Below, piece after piece: positions 34,319-36,538 of a stretch of DNA of 36,538 nucleotides. Source of the DNA: a virus. Its lineage: Duplodnaviria; Caudoviricetes. Location of the stretch: positions 1 through 36,538 of IMG/VR virus record IMGVR_UViG_3300020151_000364. One strand, given 5' to 3'. The notes under the pieces were generated by a model. It had not been told where the DNA came from. It searched no databases and was given only the letters and a program-made list of their open reading frames with translations. The position numbers and the translations under genes were made by a program. The number at the start of each line of letters is the position of its first letter. Within the stretch, counting starts at the first letter, position 1.

Positions 34319-35137
34319 ATGGCGCATTACGGAATCATTGGAAGCGGAAAATGTGGAGAGAACATCATTGAAGATGGTCTTTCCGAAATAGGTGTGGAGA
34401 ATAACGTATTTCTCGTTTACCCACGCAAAGGAGCAACTAGTTCCGAAGACCGTGTGTACGACTTCATGATTGAAAATGAAGCAGAGTACATTGCCTATGT
34501 TAAGAGCAACGCTCCACAGGCTCTTGTGGATAACGCTTCAAAGGTTTTTGATGTAACTGGTGGAGATGCATGGTTAGAGATGCTTACTACATTGAAGAGT
34601 AAAAAGGGAACACTCCTTGTACTTTGGGATGTTGACCATGAGGAAAACCTAATGAACTTTGTGTTTAAAGCCCATGACATGGGTATCCCTGTCCAAGAGT
34701 TGAGTAATGGTCTTGTCCCTATCAATGTGGAAAGCGCCCCTGAAGAACCTGCCGTAGAGGTTGAAGTTGTTGAGATTGAACCATTCTCTGAAGCCGAACT
34801 ACGGTCTATGAGTATTGGTGTTCTGCGTAAAGCCGCTACAGCACGTGGCGTAGAAGGCGTAGGGTCTTACTCTAAAGACGAACTTGTTGAGCGTTTAATT
34901 GACAAGAAAACACACATAGAAAATATTGAGGAGCCTGAAGTGGTTACAACAACTGGAGTTAATCCAACAATGACTGTTAACTACAAGGTGTCAGTACCTA
35001 TTCAGGAACGACCACAAATGGTGGCTCCTGATGGTGATTGCATGGTTACAGTAGTAATGCCTAATGGGACTGTTATCAGCACACCAGCAACTATGGAAGA
35101 AGTGCGAGTCCTTCTAGGACTTAGTGGAGGCAGTTAA
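34319..35137 (+). CDS. Hypothetical protein with an alpha/beta N-domain and a Rho-N-like helical domain
   Basis: HYGIIGSG start; ELRSMSIGVLRKAATARGVEGVGSYSKDELVERL matches the Rho N-terminal/HeH pattern. Confidence 0.6.
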   Translation: MAHYGIIGSGKCGENIIEDGLSEIGVENNVFLVYPRKGATSSEDRVYDFMIENEAEYIAYVKSNAPQALVDNASKVFDVTGGDAWLEMLTTLKSKKGTLLVLWDVDHEENLMNFVFKAHDMGIPVQELSNGLVPINVESAPEEPAVEVEVVEIEPFSEAELRSMSIGVLRKAATARGVEGVGSYSKDELVERLIDKKTHIENIEEPEVVTTTGVNPTMTVNYKVSVPIQERPQMVAPDGDCMVTVVMPNGTVISTPATMEEVRVLLGLSGGS

Positions 35138-35551
35138 CTGCCAACGCCACTTCTTGTGCATGTCATCACGTTCTGCCAAGAAGTTCATAATACCCTGCTC
35201 ACTTGCTTTAGTAGCAAGTTCCTGAGCCTTTGCAATTGACGCAATCATCCCGTCATTAAGACGCAGTAATTCTTTTGCCATTGCCTTTGGTTCTGGCTTA
35301 ACGTCCTTTGCCTCAATAGTGCGTAGGTCAATAAACTTACTCAAAGTAAAAGGTGCATAGTCATCTAATTTACGAATGTCTTCTGCAATGGGGTCAATGC
35401 TGGAATAAACGTCCTCATAGATTTCAGCAAACAATGCGTGGTATTGGCTGAAGTCAGAACCTTCTACGTTCCAATGAAACCCGTGTGCGGCAAAATACAT
35501 TGTTACCGAATCAGATAACACTGTCTTGAGGGAATTAGTAAGTGTGCTCAT
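35114..35551 (-). CDS. dps: Dps family mini-ferritin
   Basis: HGFHWNVEGSDFSQYHALFAEIYED...DPIAEDIR ferroxidase signature; C-terminal HKKWRWQL. Confidence 0.95.
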   Translation of the reverse strand: MSTLTNSLKTVLSDSVTMYFAAHGFHWNVEGSDFSQYHALFAEIYEDVYSSIDPIAEDIRKLDDYAPFTLSKFIDLRTIEAKDVKPEPKAMAKELLRLNDGMIASIAKAQELATKASEQGIMNFLAERDDMHKKWRWQLTASTKS

Positions 35552-35775
35552 TAATCATCACCTTTACTTCTGCCAGCAAAATAACCACCAATAATACCAA
35601 TAAGGCCAACCAGTGCATTTTGTACTAAAGCAATAGCATCTGAGTTGGTTGCAAACTTTTCACCAGTAGAAGCCTGCTGTGCAAGCATTGAAGCATATTC
35701 GCCAATAACAACTAGACCAATAAACCCTAAAATACCTAAAGTGATATACACCATTAACTTGTCTTTAATGTTCAT
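35551..35775 (-). CDS. Small two-TM membrane protein
   Basis: Two hydrophobic helices (second with GxxGxxGGYF); TAATG-coupled at both ends. Confidence 0.75.
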   Translation of the reverse strand: MNIKDKLMVYITLGILGFIGLVVIGEYASMLAQQASTGEKFATNSDAIALVQNALVGLIGIIGGYFAGRSKGDD

Positions 35776-35876
35776 TATTTTTTCTTTGTACGAGCGTTCT
35801 TACAAGTAGCGCAAGAGCACTTGCAACCTTTGTCTGGTTTTCCTGCTTTGCATCCGCATCCGCATTTTGCACACAT
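35775..35876 (-). CDS. Metallothionein-like Cys-rich peptide (33 aa)
   Basis: AAAGGA RBS upstream of ATG 35876; MCAKCGCGCKAGKPDKGCKCSCATCKNARTKKK has 8 Cys and no aromatic residues; its stop overlaps the next ATG. Confidence 0.65.
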   Translation of the reverse strand: MCAKCGCGCKAGKPDKGCKCSCATCKNARTKKK

Positions 35877-35941
35877 AATTATTTCTTTCCTTTTTTGGAC
35901 ACAGCCATGTTGTCCACTAGATTTGGGTAAGTTGGCATACT

Positions 35942-35955
35942 CCCCAATGATACTA
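35942..35955 (-). promoter_or_regulatory. TAGTATCATTGGGG motif, copy 3; candidate promoter of the minus-strand operon
   Basis: The reverse complement of ccccaatgatacta equals 11891-11904 exactly and is oriented toward the Cys-peptide/Dps operon. Confidence 0.55.
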
Positions 35956-36009
35956 GACACGGAGGTAACTTTTCGGTGTAGGATGCATACCCCAACACAA
36001 GGAGTACAA

Positions 36010-36483
36010 ATGGCAGACGGACCTTTTATTCAATTCCCCAAATGGCTTAGAGAGTATCTAAGGGGGGACGCCACCACCACGGATGTGCTGCTGGAATTGC
36101 TTGGGTACATGGACGGAAAGACCCAAAAGTTAACGACTTCTTATGGGCATATTGCTGAACGTACTGGCTATCACCGCACGACAGTCATCAAGTCTGTGAA
36201 CAAACTGGTGGAACTTGGGGTGCTGGTAAAGCAGAACCGAAGCAAGAATGGGCGCTCATTGACCAACGAATTTTATGTCAATTTCAACAACCCAAACTAC
36301 CTCACAGTAGGGGTAGTGGCAGAACTACCCTCCCCATTAGGGGTAGTCGGGGGACTACTGGGTAGTAGTTCTGGGGCTACCCCCGAGGGTAGTCGGGGCG
36401 CTACCCAATTAAGAATAAAGAACAAGAATAAAAAGAACAAGAAGGAATCTTTGGGAAAGATAGACCCAAGGTTGGTGTCATGA
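36010..36483 (+). CDS. HTH replication-initiator-like protein
   Basis: AAGGAG RBS, ATG 36010; FIQFPKW...SYGHIAERTGYHRTTVIKSVNKLVELGVL...TNEFYV winged-HTH pattern, followed by a repeat-encoded linker. Confidence 0.75.
   Translation: MADGPFIQFPKWLREYLRGDATTTDVLLELLGYMDGKTQKLTTSYGHIAERTGYHRTTVIKSVNKLVELGVLVKQNRSKNGRSLTNEFYVNFNNPNYLTVGVVAELPSPLGVVGGLLGSSSGATPEGSRGATQLRIKNKNKKNKKESLGKIDPRLVS
36311..36445. repeat. Four palindromic iteron-like repeats plus an A-rich tract (putative replication origin)
   Basis: GGGTAGT-N6-RCTACCC-type units at 36311, 36341, 36363 and 36387, then aattaagaataaagaacaagaataaaaagaacaagaagg. Confidence 0.75.
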
Positions 36484-36538
36484 TGTCACGACAGCAAGAT
36501 GACTGGGGAATGGCATTTGGTTCCGACAAAGATGTTTA
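36480..36538 (+). CDS. Start of the next gene (3' truncated)
   Basis: ATGA overlap with the upstream stop; MMSRQQDDWGMAFGSDKDV is open to the window end. Confidence 0.55.
   Translation, partial: MMSRQQDDWGMAFGSDKDV

Noticed and set aside
35821-36009. Long N-terminal extension of the HTH ORF, and the 61-aa version of the Cys peptide (start 35960)
   Set aside because: The two extensions overlap each other across the divergent promoter region; RBS-backed starts exist at 36010 (+) and 35876 (-).
36311-36406. Possible mini-CRISPR array
   Set aside because: Units are 20 bp with variable centres and gaps of only 2-10 bp, inside a CDS; this fits iterons, not repeat-spacer architecture.
1-36538. 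tRNA genes, integrase/att sites or stop-codon reassignment
   Set aside because: No cloverleaf in the short intergenic gaps, no integrase, and the standard code gives dense intact genes using all three stop codons.

Overview
A 36.5 kb fragment of a tailed dsDNA phage with a contractile (myovirus-type) tail. Almost all genes are on the + strand. In order it carries: fibre/adhesin genes, an M15-type peptidase (putative lysin) and a KTSC-like gene; the terminase large subunit; an accessory block (Gp88-like Cys-cluster protein, metallophosphoesterase, small membrane proteins); portal, scaffold and major capsid; decoration/FN3 proteins and neck genes; tail sheath, tube and chaperone; a tape measure with an M15 peptidase domain; and a baseplate module. 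A short minus-strand operon (metallothionein-like peptide, small membrane protein, Dps) follows, then a divergent HTH replication-initiator-like gene containing four palindromic iteron-like repeats. Several apparently leaderless genes suggest an actinobacterial host (inference). The main items not evident from the ORF track are: (1) the metallothionein-like/membrane/Dps operon, which shares a 14-bp motif with a site upstream of a gene in the virion gene region; (2) a probable +1 frameshift in the tail chaperone at CUU-UUA; (3) a lambda-like origin inside the HTH gene; (4) a spike OB-fold fused to a fibre/C1q-like head, located far from the baseplate module. All family assignments are by eye from motifs and synteny; no searches were run.
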